From the IMG/VR virus record IMGVR_UViG_3300035501_001483: a stretch of 64,000 bases of DNA; one strand, given 5' to 3'. Below the pieces are notes generated by a model that was not told the origin of the DNA, ran no database searches, and was given only the letters and a program-made list of their open reading frames with translations. The DNA comes from a virus (Duplodnaviria > Caudoviricetes). The position numbers were made by a program, and so were the translations under genes. Position 1 is the first letter of the stretch. Every line of letters begins with the position of its first letter. Shown piece by piece: positions 1 through 9,509 of the stretch.

Positions 1-2
1 TC

Positions 3-1880
3 GAGTCCATCGTGACCGGCTACAGCCCCATCGTGGCTTACAACCCCTTCTTCCTGAAGAAGCAGTGGATCAGCACTGTGTTTAAGGACATCCTGATGAC
101 CGAGGTTCCCGCCTCTCCCGTCATCAACTATGCCGTTGAGCAGCGTTTCCTGCGCACTCAGGACGGCGTCGAGTATCCCATTCCCGACGTCTACTATGAT
201 CCCAATATTACCCGCAGCCTGAGCGCTGCGTGCACCGGCGCTGCCATCAAGGAGGAGCCCATCCCCCTGACCGACCTGCGCGGCCTGTCCCTGATCGACC
301 CCACCTACATTCCTGGCATTCTGAAGAATGACCCGGCCGTGGAGCTGACTCAGGATATCAGCATCTGCGCGGTGACCCTGTCTGATGGCACCGTGGTTCC
401 CACCAACATTCGCACCGACGTCACCACCCATCAGTGGGTCCATGGCAACATCGAGTACAAGCGTACCGATGCTTATGGCAACGTGACTGAGGTGATCAAG
501 GACATGCTGTTTGGCGGCGTGGACTTCGTGACCGGCAAGGTCACCGTCATGTCTCAGGAAGGCAATGTGACCGCAGTGACCCTGCGTGGCAAGATTGCCA
601 ACCGCTGGAATGATCGGTCTATCACCACCGTGCGGCGCGTTGAGCAGATTCAGTTCGTGATGCCTGAGTCTGGCCAGCGCCTGAACACCCCCATCACCCT
701 CGAGGACGCTGCCGACGCTCTGGTGACCCAGAACATCGACATCATCGCCGATAATGTGGATATGATGGGCCGCACCCTGGCCGAGTTCGAGGACTTCGAG
801 ATCCGTGACTTCCTGGATGCTTCCTGGGATGCCCAGGCCAACGCCGGCTCCATGGGCGTGTCCTTCCTGGACAGCAACAGCCTGATCGTTCGCGGTCACT
901 TCGACGCTGTGCCCTATGAGTCCTTCACCAACAACATCACCGACTGGATGCGCGACTCTCGTGAGTACTTCGAGCGTGTCCTGGCCGGCCTGAAGACCAA
1001 GCTCAAGACCCCTGATGCTGTCATCATCTGCTATGCGCATCCCAACCTGGTGCGTTTCCTGCAGAACGGCATCAACTGGGTGTTTTCTGACGATACCCAG
1101 ATCTCCGGCATGAAGATCAGCTACAACTTCGGTATCTATACTTCTGCCCAGGATCGTGTGCATATCGTCACCTCCATGTACGTGCCTGAGGATTCCGGCC
1201 TCCACTTCGTGGTGATTCCCACCACCAAGGAGCTGATCACCTACAAGCACTTCAAGTACAACGCGGTGATCGACCGCAACTATCGTGATCCCGTGCATCC
1301 CCTGACCCCCAACGTCATGGTGACTCAGCGCACCCTGACCTGCGAGGTTCTGCCCGTTCAGGGCCGGATGACCATCACCGGTCGCGATGCTTACAGCCCC
1401 ACCACGCTGAAGCGCGTTCTGCCTTCTGATACGGTCAGCGCCATCCTGGGCGTGTCCGTGTCCGACGCTGGCGTCATCACTTCTGCTATGAAGGGTGAGT
1501 CCGGCTATGTGGTGACCGCTTCTGGTACGGCTGCTGCCGGCTCTGCCACCATCGATGCCAGCCTGTTTGGCGCCCTGGAAGGCAATGCTGTTCAGCTGAC
1601 TGTCCAACTGCCCGGCGTCACCAACGGTGGTTCTTACGTTGTCAAGCAGTACAATGCTGCTCTGGCCAACTTCTCCACCGATCCTTCCATCAAGCAGGTC
1701 GGTTCTGACTGGGTCAAGACCAAGACCTACGCTGGCAAGGATATCCTGGACGGCTATGCTCTGCTGCTGGTGGAAGGTGCCGATGCAATCGTGCAGATCT
1801 TCCCGGCCGCTGGCTACATCGACGGCGCTTCTCAGCCCATGGCGACCCTGACCGTGAAGAACGGCGTCGTTTTCGGTTGA
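3..1880 (+). CDS. Major capsid protein (5' end outside window) with C-terminal accessory beta domain
   Basis: Frame open from the window edge; strong highly-expressed codon bias; resembles jumbo phage capsid proteins; lies near the terminase; last ~125 aa match two repeats in the tail sheath. Confidence 0.7.
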   Translation, partial: ESIVTGYSPIVAYNPFFLKKQWISTVFKDILMTEVPASPVINYAVEQRFLRTQDGVEYPIPDVYYDPNITRSLSAACTGAAIKEEPIPLTDLRGLSLIDPTYIPGILKNDPAVELTQDISICAVTLSDGTVVPTNIRTDVTTHQWVHGNIEYKRTDAYGNVTEVIKDMLFGGVDFVTGKVTVMSQEGNVTAVTLRGKIANRWNDRSITTVRRVEQIQFVMPESGQRLNTPITLEDAADALVTQNIDIIADNVDMMGRTLAEFEDFEIRDFLDASWDAQANAGSMGVSFLDSNSLIVRGHFDAVPYESFTNNITDWMRDSREYFERVLAGLKTKLKTPDAVIICYAHPNLVRFLQNGINWVFSDDTQISGMKISYNFGIYTSAQDRVHIVTSMYVPEDSGLHFVVIPTTKELITYKHFKYNAVIDRNYRDPVHPLTPNVMVTQRTLTCEVLPVQGRMTITGRDAYSPTTLKRVLPSDTVSAILGVSVSDAGVITSAMKGESGYVVTASGTAAAGSATIDASLFGALEGNAVQLTVQLPGVTNGGSYVVKQYNAALANFSTDPSIKQVGSDWVKTKTYAGKDILDGYALLLVEGADAIVQIFPAAGYIDGASQPMATLTVKNGVVFG

Positions 1881-1999
1881 AGCGAGAGCGTTGCAGCACT
1901 TCGTACTGAAGATGGCATAGACATCTACACATCTGATGGTGCGGAACTGCACGCAAAGGATGGCGGCACTGTCGTGCCCAAGGATTAAGTATGAAGCCA

Positions 2000-2035
2000 A
2001 AAGAGACTACTACCAGAAATGGTAGTAGTCTCTTT
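2000..2035. terminator. Bidirectional intrinsic terminator (CTACC/GGTAG family)
   Basis: aaagagactactacc-agaaat-ggtagtagtctcttt between convergent genes. Confidence 0.85.
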
Positions 2036-2039
2036 CCTG

Positions 2040-2393
2040 TCAGCCGGCATAAGAAGCGGCATAATTGATAATGGAACGCACCACAGAAGCAATCTCCGCA
2101 TCCTGCTGGTCAGCAGCACAGTCGCCGCCAATCAGGAAGGGCCGGATATCGGCAGCGCCTCTCATGCGAATGGAATCAGGCACGCCGTCCAGACTGATCA
2201 GTACAGTCACACGTGCGGTGGATTTCTTGTATTCCACGCGGAGAGCGACCGGCTTATGGCCATGGGAAATGGGGCCGAAGTTGAAGGCGACGACGCCGTC
2301 CTCTTCGGGCAGATCACAGTAAGCGCAGGCATAAATCATACTTCTGATATAAGGAGTCAGCGTTTCTTCATTGAAAGCAGTAACATGAATCAT
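2040..2393 (-). CDS. Hypothetical protein
   Basis: ORF with aaggaag SD, ends at the terminator. Confidence 0.65.
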   Translation of the reverse strand: MIHVTAFNEETLTPYIRSMIYACAYCDLPEEDGVVAFNFGPISHGHKPVALRVEYKKSTARVTVLISLDGVPDSIRMRGAADIRPFLIGGDCAADQQDAEIASVVRSIINYAASYAG

Positions 2394-2520
2394 GTCGGTT
2401 TCTTCCTTTCAAAAATATGTGGGCTTGCTATAAATTTTACATTAAATAAAAGTCGTCAAACTGGATTTACATCAAAAAAAGAAGATTCTCCACATTGGAA
2501 GAATCTTCTTTTTCGCATCT

Positions 2521-2745
2521 TCATAAGACCACCCAAGCCAGGATGATCACGAAGATGGCTAACCCAGTACCACCTTTGAACAGGCCTCGCCATTTCGGCT
2601 CGACATGCTCGCAGACGGTTTCCAATAGGACATAGAGCGCGACAGCTAAGGCCAGCGGCACGATGACCGTTAAGCCATAGCTGAGCAGCCAGAGCAACGC
2701 GGCCGCAATACCTATCACGGCGAAGATTGCGATGAGAAATGTCAT
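2521..2745 (-). CDS. Small membrane protein
   Basis: aaggagg SD before MTFLIAIF; hydrophobic segments. Confidence 0.7.
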   Translation of the reverse strand: MTFLIAIFAVIGIAAALLWLLSYGLTVIVPLALAVALYVLLETVCEHVEPKWRGLFKGGTGLAIFVIILAWVVL

Positions 2746-2756
2746 GATAAACCTCC

Positions 2757-2948
2757 TTAGCACCACAGGTTGAATCTGATTATGACTGCCAAGCATACGA
2801 GAATGATGAGCAAATTCCCGATGCTTGTCACTTTGCTCAGGACTGGATACTGGCTGGAATGCTGATGGACATTGATTGTGAGACAAACCCACATAGAGAC
2901 GAGCATGACGACTGCGAGGACGATGACCGAAATAATGATGAATGACAT
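2757..2948 (-). CDS. Small membrane protein (2 TM)
   Basis: Two hydrophobic helices; in operon with neighbours. Confidence 0.65.
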   Translation of the reverse strand: MSFIIISVIVLAVVMLVSMWVCLTINVHQHSSQYPVLSKVTSIGNLLIILVCLAVIIRFNLWC

Positions 2949-2968
2949 GGAAGCTTCCTTCTTTCTTT

Positions 2969-3283
2969 TTATTGGCTATTGCGCCATTTTGTGTATCTCT
3001 TTGCGAAGTCTGGTTTGAACTTCCTGATCTGGCCTCTGTACCAGATCGGATGCTGATGCCCAGGATCCTCAACGTCCCAGGCATCAGAGAAATCATATGA
3101 GCCTTCTTTGTCAGCCCACATGAAATGGTACCCTTCGTGGATTTGATACCGATTGCGGAAGGGTTTACCGCAATAGATATGAACCTCCTTTGGGTTCTTG
3201 ATCTTCGCCTTTACAGCCTCGATTAGGCAATTGGAGTAATATACCTTCGAGACATATGACCATCGGGATTTCACTTGTCCCAC
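2969..3283 (-). CDS. Hypothetical protein
   Basis: ORF in a minus-strand cluster behind the early promoter; start uncertain. Confidence 0.6.
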   Translation of the reverse strand: MGQVKSRWSYVSKVYYSNCLIEAVKAKIKNPKEVHIYCGKPFRNRYQIHEGYHFMWADKEGSYDFSDAWDVEDPGHQHPIWYRGQIRKFKPDFAKRYTKWRNSQ

Positions 3284-3453
3284 CCCTGCTCACGCATGCG
3301 GTTCTCCGCGATGATCGACTCCAAGCTGCGGTTGAGGATGACGCTCATGTCGGGCTCAACGATGGTCTTCTTGCCAGAGGATTTCTTGCTGGTTTTGGTT
3401 TCACCTTCGTAGATGCGCTCGATGCTCTTCTTGGTTCCTTCGATGTTATACAT
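3271..3453 (-). CDS. Hypothetical protein
   Basis: ggagg SD; first gene after the early promoter motif. Confidence 0.65.
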   Translation of the reverse strand: MYNIEGTKKSIERIYEGETKTSKKSSGKKTIVEPDMSVILNRSLESIIAENRMREQGWDK

Positions 3454-3497
3454 GGTATTTACCTCCGTAAAATTGATTTAGGGTTTCTTTTGCTTCT

Positions 3498-3537
3498 TCA
3501 TAAGAATGATATATGGCGGTCTTCGGGACAAATACGG
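3498..3537 (-). promoter_or_regulatory. Putative early promoter GTATTT-N17-ATATCATTYTTATGA
   Basis: Same bipartite motif with identical spacing at 13241-13280(-), 16937-16976(-) and 51523-51562(+). Confidence 0.7.
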
Positions 3538-3596
3538 AGTTTATGCCCCGTCCATCCCAATAAAATTGAGCCAGATGCCAGCATTTGACGCCCTTC

Positions 3597-3609
3597 AACA
3601 CCGATATAA
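3597..3609 (+). promoter_or_regulatory. Putative late promoter AACA-N6-TAA
   Basis: Matches the AR9 nvRNAP late promoter consensus; recurs before structural genes. Confidence 0.6.
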
Positions 3610-3629
3610 TCAAAAGGCAGGTGAAATAC

Positions 3630-4982
3630 ATGGCCACATTGAGCGTTGAGCAATCTGCTTATATCAAATCCCAACAGCAGTACCTGTCTGATCTGAAGGT
3701 CAGCCAGTTTGCAAAGTTCCTGGATAAGAATCCAACCTATGTGACCTATTACCCCGTCATTCAAGCGCAGTCTTCAACGGATGCGGGCACTGGTGCCATC
3801 TATGAAGAGATTGGCCCCAACTCCCCCATGCGTTACAATAAGATCCTGCAGTTGCCTGCATTCAATCTGCCTGAGCTGAAGCCTGACATTATCCAAGACG
3901 AAGGCGGTTATGATGCCGAAATGGATATCAACGATATCGCCTTCATTCCTGGAACGGTTCGCCCCAAACCTGGCGACTATATGCTGGTGGAAATCTCTGG
4001 CGTAGAGCCTTTGCTCTTCCGCTGCAATAGCTATCGGCACAATACCATCAAGTCCAATGACTACTACATGGGCGATTTCGACCTCGTGGACATCAATCAG
4101 CAGTACACGAAGCTTATCAATAAGCAGGTCGAGACCACCTATACCTGTCACTTTGAGAATATTGGCACCAATCAGAAGGTGTTCATCTCCGAAGATGAAG
4201 AAGACGAAATCAGCGATATTGAAGATTTGATCACCAAGTTGACTGATTTCTACTCCGATGCCTTCTACAATGGTGACATTGATGGGTTTGTGCTCTATAA
4301 TGCTTCAGTGAATGGTAGCAGCGGCAGCTCTACGTTGAATGGCAATGCGGCCAACATGGGTACGCAGTGGTACTATGACAATTATCTGACTCGATTTATC
4401 AATGAGAGCCAGATCTTTGCCAATGACTCCAGTGACACCACACGGGTCTTCCCATATCTGGAGTTACTGCCGCTCAACTTTGACTATCTATATAGCAGAA
4501 CGGTCTGGAATGCCGTTTTGAAACGGACGCGCGACTATCTCCATAAGTATACCTATGCGTGGAGCAGAATGCTGCAGAAACGGACATCTCCGCTGATGCT
4601 GGCGTCCTATCCCACGTTGCATCCGACATTGGAACTCTTCGATCACTATGTGAAACCGGAAGAACCAGTGCCGGAAAACTTAAAAGGTCTCATCTGGGAG
4701 CCTGGCACTCCATGTGGATGGAATGGCGCCGATCCCCAGCTGAGAACTTATTTCTCGATGAATCTCTTGCGTAGTCTGGCAGACAACAGTCAGACCGGTG
4801 ATCTCAACGTTCTGGAGAAGATGATCTTCGACTACGTGACGGCCGGTATTGACAATGTGGTGTTTGACAAGAAAGAACTGATCAACTTCAGCTTTACCCA
4901 GAACTACGAGAGTTTCTATCTCGTGCCAATTTGCATCTATATCTTAAAACAGCACTTGGCCAGTGTATCGGCCGACAGTTAA
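3630..4982 (+). CDS. Putative virion structural protein
   Basis: Long ORF after a late promoter, upstream of the terminase. Confidence 0.6.
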   Translation: MATLSVEQSAYIKSQQQYLSDLKVSQFAKFLDKNPTYVTYYPVIQAQSSTDAGTGAIYEEIGPNSPMRYNKILQLPAFNLPELKPDIIQDEGGYDAEMDINDIAFIPGTVRPKPGDYMLVEISGVEPLLFRCNSYRHNTIKSNDYYMGDFDLVDINQQYTKLINKQVETTYTCHFENIGTNQKVFISEDEEDEISDIEDLITKLTDFYSDAFYNGDIDGFVLYNASVNGSSGSSTLNGNAANMGTQWYYDNYLTRFINESQIFANDSSDTTRVFPYLELLPLNFDYLYSRTVWNAVLKRTRDYLHKYTYAWSRMLQKRTSPLMLASYPTLHPTLELFDHYVKPEEPVPENLKGLIWEPGTPCGWNGADPQLRTYFSMNLLRSLADNSQTGDLNVLEKMIFDYVTAGIDNVVFDKKELINFSFTQNYESFYLVPICIYILKQHLASVSADS

Positions 4983-4996
4983 AGGAGGAAATCACA

Positions 4997-5419
4997 ATGG
5001 CCCTTCTTGATATGATTCGGGAGAACTTGGCAGAGCCCAAGAAGGCGAAGCCGGCGACTGAGAGCTCCACCATCAACCGCTATGTGGAAGATGCGCCGGC
5101 TCCCTATGTTCCCGAAGGCATCGTAATGGACGCCGGCAGTGTCCTGTCTGCGTTGGAATCCCACATGGAATTGCGGGCTAGCATGAATCCCACCAATGAA
5201 CCCTCCGTGGCAAACCAGATCCACGCCGCTCTGGAGTGCGATCTGCCCGAAGGCGAAGCTCCCTACGATCCCTCTGAGGAGCTGGAGAACATCGCATCTA
5301 CCCTGGCTGGTCTGGACGCCGATGACGACGTAGATCCCGACCAGGCGCAGCCCGATGAAGGCATTGAAGACGGCTCTTCTCTGGAAGATCTGCAGGAGCA
5401 ACCCACGGACACCCACTGA
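4997..5419 (+). CDS. Acidic protein with several A-x-E sites (scaffold/head-like)
   Basis: aaggagg SD; ATE, ALE and ALE motifs; very acidic. Confidence 0.6.
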   Translation: MALLDMIRENLAEPKKAKPATESSTINRYVEDAPAPYVPEGIVMDAGSVLSALESHMELRASMNPTNEPSVANQIHAALECDLPEGEAPYDPSEELENIASTLAGLDADDDVDPDQAQPDEGIEDGSSLEDLQEQPTDTH

Positions 5420-5521
5420 AACCTTTAAGAAGATACTACCAATCCCGGTAGTATCTTCTTTCAATTTGATGTCTTTTGACAACCTGGATAATCATAGAAG
5501 AAATTAAGGAAGTGAAAGCTA

Positions 5522-6532
5522 ATGGCTGATGTAGTAAATCGAAGTAGAACCTACGATGTGATGGAAATCGACCCATATGCTCCCATGCTTTATGACGATA
5601 CATATGGGGACCATGATGAAACCGTTATATCTTCGAGATTCCACTCCGATCAAGGCGGCGCTTCTCCAGCGTTGGAAGACGATATCGATTCGTTACGCAC
5701 CGCTGCACAATCCACCTTCGCCAAGAGAAAGCCCATCATTGACTGGAAGACCACCAATCAATCCTTCATCGATGTGCATAACGACTTGCGAAGGCTTGGC
5801 ATCAAAAATAACACGTTCTTCCTCAAGCTTTATGATAGAGATCTCCAAGGCGTCGATCCTTTTATGCCAAACCTGCCTCTGGAGATGCAAATCAAGGTCT
5901 ATGTGGAGTGCGTTGTCAATCCTTGGTACTATCTAAGAGAGATTGCTAGATGCCCCGCTCAAGGTAAACCCATCGAGCCAGGCGGTGGTGATCGTTATGT
6001 ACTGGATCGTAATAACCTTGCGACCTGGTATCTGTACCTGAACCATATTGACAACTATGCATCCAAGCCTCGTCAGACTGGCAAGACCCAGGATGCGCTC
6101 CACAAGGTAAACTATGCGTATCACTTCGGCTCTACTTCATCATCGGCACTACTCTTTAACAAGGACTTGGCCCTGTCCAAGGAGAACCTTGCTCGTATGA
6201 AGGACCAGCGGGATCTATATCCCACATACCTTCAGATGAGAGTGGCATTTGATGAAGAGACCGGCGGCATCATCAAGGGCGCAGACAACATCACCACGAT
6301 GAAGAATCCTGTGACCAATAATACCATCAAGGTGATGCCATGTGCAACCTCCAAGGAAGCAGCGGACCGGCTGGGACGTGGTTATACCGCCCCCATCTTG
6401 CTCTACGATGAGGTTGACTGGGAACAGCACGCCATCACTGTTATGATGGCATCCGTGTTCGCATACTCCACCGCTTCCAAGAATGCAATCGATAACCACA
6501 GTATGTCATGCAGACTTCTGCTGTCGACTCCT
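5522..6532 (+). CDS. terL: Terminase large subunit, exon 1
   Basis: Walker A PRQTGKT, Walker B LLYDE, motif III STP at the exon end. Confidence 0.9.
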
Positions 6533-6885
6533 AAACTACCACTGGGAGTCTGAGCCAGTAATGGCTCTAAGAAAATACCTCTTTAATTGCGGGAAACTCT
6601 CGCTAGGCTCAGATTACGAAGCTTATCTAGTGATGGATAAGTTGCAATGGGTAATGCCAAAGGTATCGTAATAAAATCTGAGATAGAGACAATCCGCAGC
6701 CAATGATCTCGATCGAGATAAAGGTTCATCGACTATCGAAAGGAGATTGATAACTAGAAATACTATCATGAGAACTGAGTAGAGTAGGCTTCGGCCCAAA
6801 TAGGAGGCTCCAAGTATCCTGGTTACAGGGATCTTGGATGAAGATATAGTCAGGCTTATGGGAGACCATAAGGTTAGAAATTACG
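6533..6885 (+). ncRNA. Group I intron in terL (no ORF)
   Basis: P aattgcgggaa, Q aatccgcagc, R tcatcgacta, S aagatatagtc; P1 gactccU/Gggagtc; ends in G; splicing restores STP-GDLSTRDG in frame (853-aa product). Confidence 0.92.
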
Positions 6886-8436
6886 GGTGATTTATCTACC
6901 AGAGACGGTAAAGCCATGAATGATTACATTCGTGGCACAAAAGAGCAGCGTGGCATGATGATCTGGAATGATCGTATGCTAGATGACCCTATATCGGCAT
7001 TGAAAGCAGAAGCTCAGTCTACCAAATACAACGGCATTGTCTATGTCGAGCATACTTGGCAGCAGCTGAAGCGCTCTATGGAATGGTATGAGCGTCAGTG
7101 CAACCTCTGCGGTTATAACCAGGAAGTTATCCTTCGGGAAATCAACCTGCAGAGATTGGCCGGTTCTAGCTTATGCCCCTTCACCAGAGAGCAGCAGCTG
7201 TATCTTTCTACTCATATCCATAAGCCCGTGGAAGAGATCGACGTACGCTCCAAGGATACCATGTCAACCATTAATATCTACGAGAAGTTTGATCGTCGAA
7301 TTCCCTACATCATCGGCATTGACCCGGCTGAAGGTCTGAGTGAAGATAATAACGCCATGATCGTGATCAATCCCTTCACATACAAGATTGCAGCTGAGTA
7401 TAAATGCCCCTACATCTCTCCCAAGGAGTTTGCAAAGCTTATCACTGGTTTTATGGACCAGAGATGCCCTCATGCATTACTGGTCGTGGAGAGTAACCGA
7501 GGCCGTGACCTCATTCAGCGTCTGACAGATTCTCATTATGCCAGCAGAGTCTGGTATGATAAGGATCGCATGAACCAGATTCTCACGGAAAAGACCGATA
7601 GATATGGTGGTATTCCACAGTCTGTGCTGGCTCGTAAAGTGCAGGGATTCGTCACTGGGCCTAAGAGCCGCAATCTGCTCTTCAGTTGTCTGGAGCAGAT
7701 GGTCATGGAGAATATCGACTGTATATTCTCCAAGAACCTGGTCAATGAGATGCTGACGCTTATCAGAAAACCCACCACTGGTAAGATCGAGGCCGCTCCT
7801 GGAGAGCATGACGACTGTGTCATGGCGTATCTGATTGGGCTCTATGTCTATCTTAATGCGTCCAATCTTGGAGAGTATGGTATTAGCCGCCATATGAGAC
7901 GGCCTGATGAGAAGGTCGAGAAGACCGTCGAATCAGAGAGGCAGTATCGAGACCGTGTGAAAGCAGCCATCAATGTCCTGCCTGAGCAGTATCGCGGCAT
8001 CTTTGAGGACTTTGTGCGGGAACGTGATCCTATCACGGATGCCCATCAATATGCCAAAGACCTCAGGAAGGCGGAACGAGATGACCCCTTTAATCAGTTG
8101 AAGATGACTCGTCATCGGACCATGGAAGTGGACGAAGATCAAATCTCACTGGATAAATACATGGGTCGAGATGGAACCCAGAAAGTTCCCGAGCCCAAAG
8201 TTGGCATGGAGTATTTCAAGATGGGCGAAACTCTGCAGACACCTCATTACAATTACGGCAGAAGAGACGATGCGTTGTATATTGGAGATGAACCTGACGA
8301 CACTCTCGGGGAAGAAGAACGTTTCACCTTCGAGCAGGGTATTCTGGATATGAATAGGCCACATGAAGATGAATATGGTTATCCTTCTTACGAAGATGAC
8401 GATGGGTTTACCTTCGATCCCAACGATTATGCCTAA
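6886..8436 (+). CDS. terL: Terminase large subunit, exon 2 (nuclease domain)
   Basis: IGIDPAEG, VVESN and HDDCVMA RNase H-like motifs. Confidence 0.9.
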   Translation, partial: GDLSTRDGKAMNDYIRGTKEQRGMMIWNDRMLDDPISALKAEAQSTKYNGIVYVEHTWQQLKRSMEWYERQCNLCGYNQEVILREINLQRLAGSSLCPFTREQQLYLSTHIHKPVEEIDVRSKDTMSTINIYEKFDRRIPYIIGIDPAEGLSEDNNAMIVINPFTYKIAAEYKCPYISPKEFAKLITGFMDQRCPHALLVVESNRGRDLIQRLTDSHYASRVWYDKDRMNQILTEKTDRYGGIPQSVLARKVQGFVTGPKSRNLLFSCLEQMVMENIDCIFSKNLVNEMLTLIRKPTTGKIEAAPGEHDDCVMAYLIGLYVYLNASNLGEYGISRHMRRPDEKVEKTVESERQYRDRVKAAINVLPEQYRGIFEDFVRERDPITDAHQYAKDLRKAERDDPFNQLKMTRHRTMEVDEDQISLDKYMGRDGTQKVPEPKVGMEYFKMGETLQTPHYNYGRRDDALYIGDEPDDTLGEEERFTFEQGILDMNRPHEDEYGYPSYEDDDGFTFDPNDYA

Positions 8437-8719
8437 AATGACGGCTAAAGATCCACTACCCGTGATCAGGTAGTGGACCTTTATGCCATCAAGGAGGTAT
8501 CCCATGAAACTGTCTGGAAAGACAGGGAATTAAACCAGATTCATCAGATATTTCTCAGGATTAACGTTCTGTTTCTGGGAATATCTGTCTGTATTTCTAA
8601 ACTACGCCAGACAACTGCGGTAAATCGAGAGTATGACTTTTAAATTTTCAAGTTGTCGATTTTCAAGCCAAGTCCAAATTATACCGCAGAAGAAACTGTG
8701 AAAGGAAGCGAATACAGCG

Positions 8720-9463
8720 ATGGTTGATACCACCTATTTGGAAGTCTCCGACGTCGTCGAAACCTTCGACCTGGATGAGTCTAAGCGCATGCTGAGCACG
8801 CAGCTGGAAGCCATCCACGACGATGCTTGTGAGAGCATGATCGACAACTTAAAGTCTCTCTATGTCAAATATGCCTCGATCAGAGATCAGGAAGTCTCCA
8901 CCAGTCAAGATACCCGAGATCAGGTGGAGCAGATGTTCCATGAAGTCTGCGAGATGTACATCAGCAAGATCACTGATGCGTTCAACATCTCCATGGACGA
9001 GCAATTTAAAGAGGAGCATTACGCTGATCTCCCCAGCATTGCTCTGCAATTCTATCTTTTCTTCGTACTGGATTTGCGGAGTAATCTTTACAACGTCTTA
9101 CTATCCTATATCAGTCAACACACAGCGGGCCTTGCGGAACACTTTGAGAATCTCAAGCAGCGCAAGGATTCCATCACCGAAGTGAATCGGACGATGGAAG
9201 ATCAGAATATTGCACTGATTGCGTCCAACATTTACGACGTGATCGATTACGTCATGGAACTGCTCGATGCCGAAACCTTCTTTGCAAACATGGAGAGCGG
9301 CTACATCGCGCTGGCACCCATGCGTAACATGTACAATCAAGCTGTGATTGACGGTGGCTTTATCGATGCTTTACGAGATATCATGCGGGAGAATATCGCC
9401 ATGAAGGCGCGCATTGGATTTGATATCATCTGCCGCCTGAAGGGCTATGACTTCAACGTATGA
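8720..9463 (+). CDS. Hypothetical protein
   Basis: ORF with SD and typical codon usage. Confidence 0.75.
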   Translation: MVDTTYLEVSDVVETFDLDESKRMLSTQLEAIHDDACESMIDNLKSLYVKYASIRDQEVSTSQDTRDQVEQMFHEVCEMYISKITDAFNISMDEQFKEEHYADLPSIALQFYLFFVLDLRSNLYNVLLSYISQHTAGLAEHFENLKQRKDSITEVNRTMEDQNIALIASNIYDVIDYVMELLDAETFFANMESGYIALAPMRNMYNQAVIDGGFIDALRDIMRENIAMKARIGFDIICRLKGYDFNV

Positions 9464-9509
9464 CATCTTCCATGATAATTAAATTCACAGAAAGGACTGA
9501 AAGCACAAT

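Noticed and set aside
8490-8535. Nine-codon ORF MKLSGKTGN with a strong SD (also a 15-codon minus-strand ORF near 20900-20947)
   Set aside because: Too short to support without conservation data.
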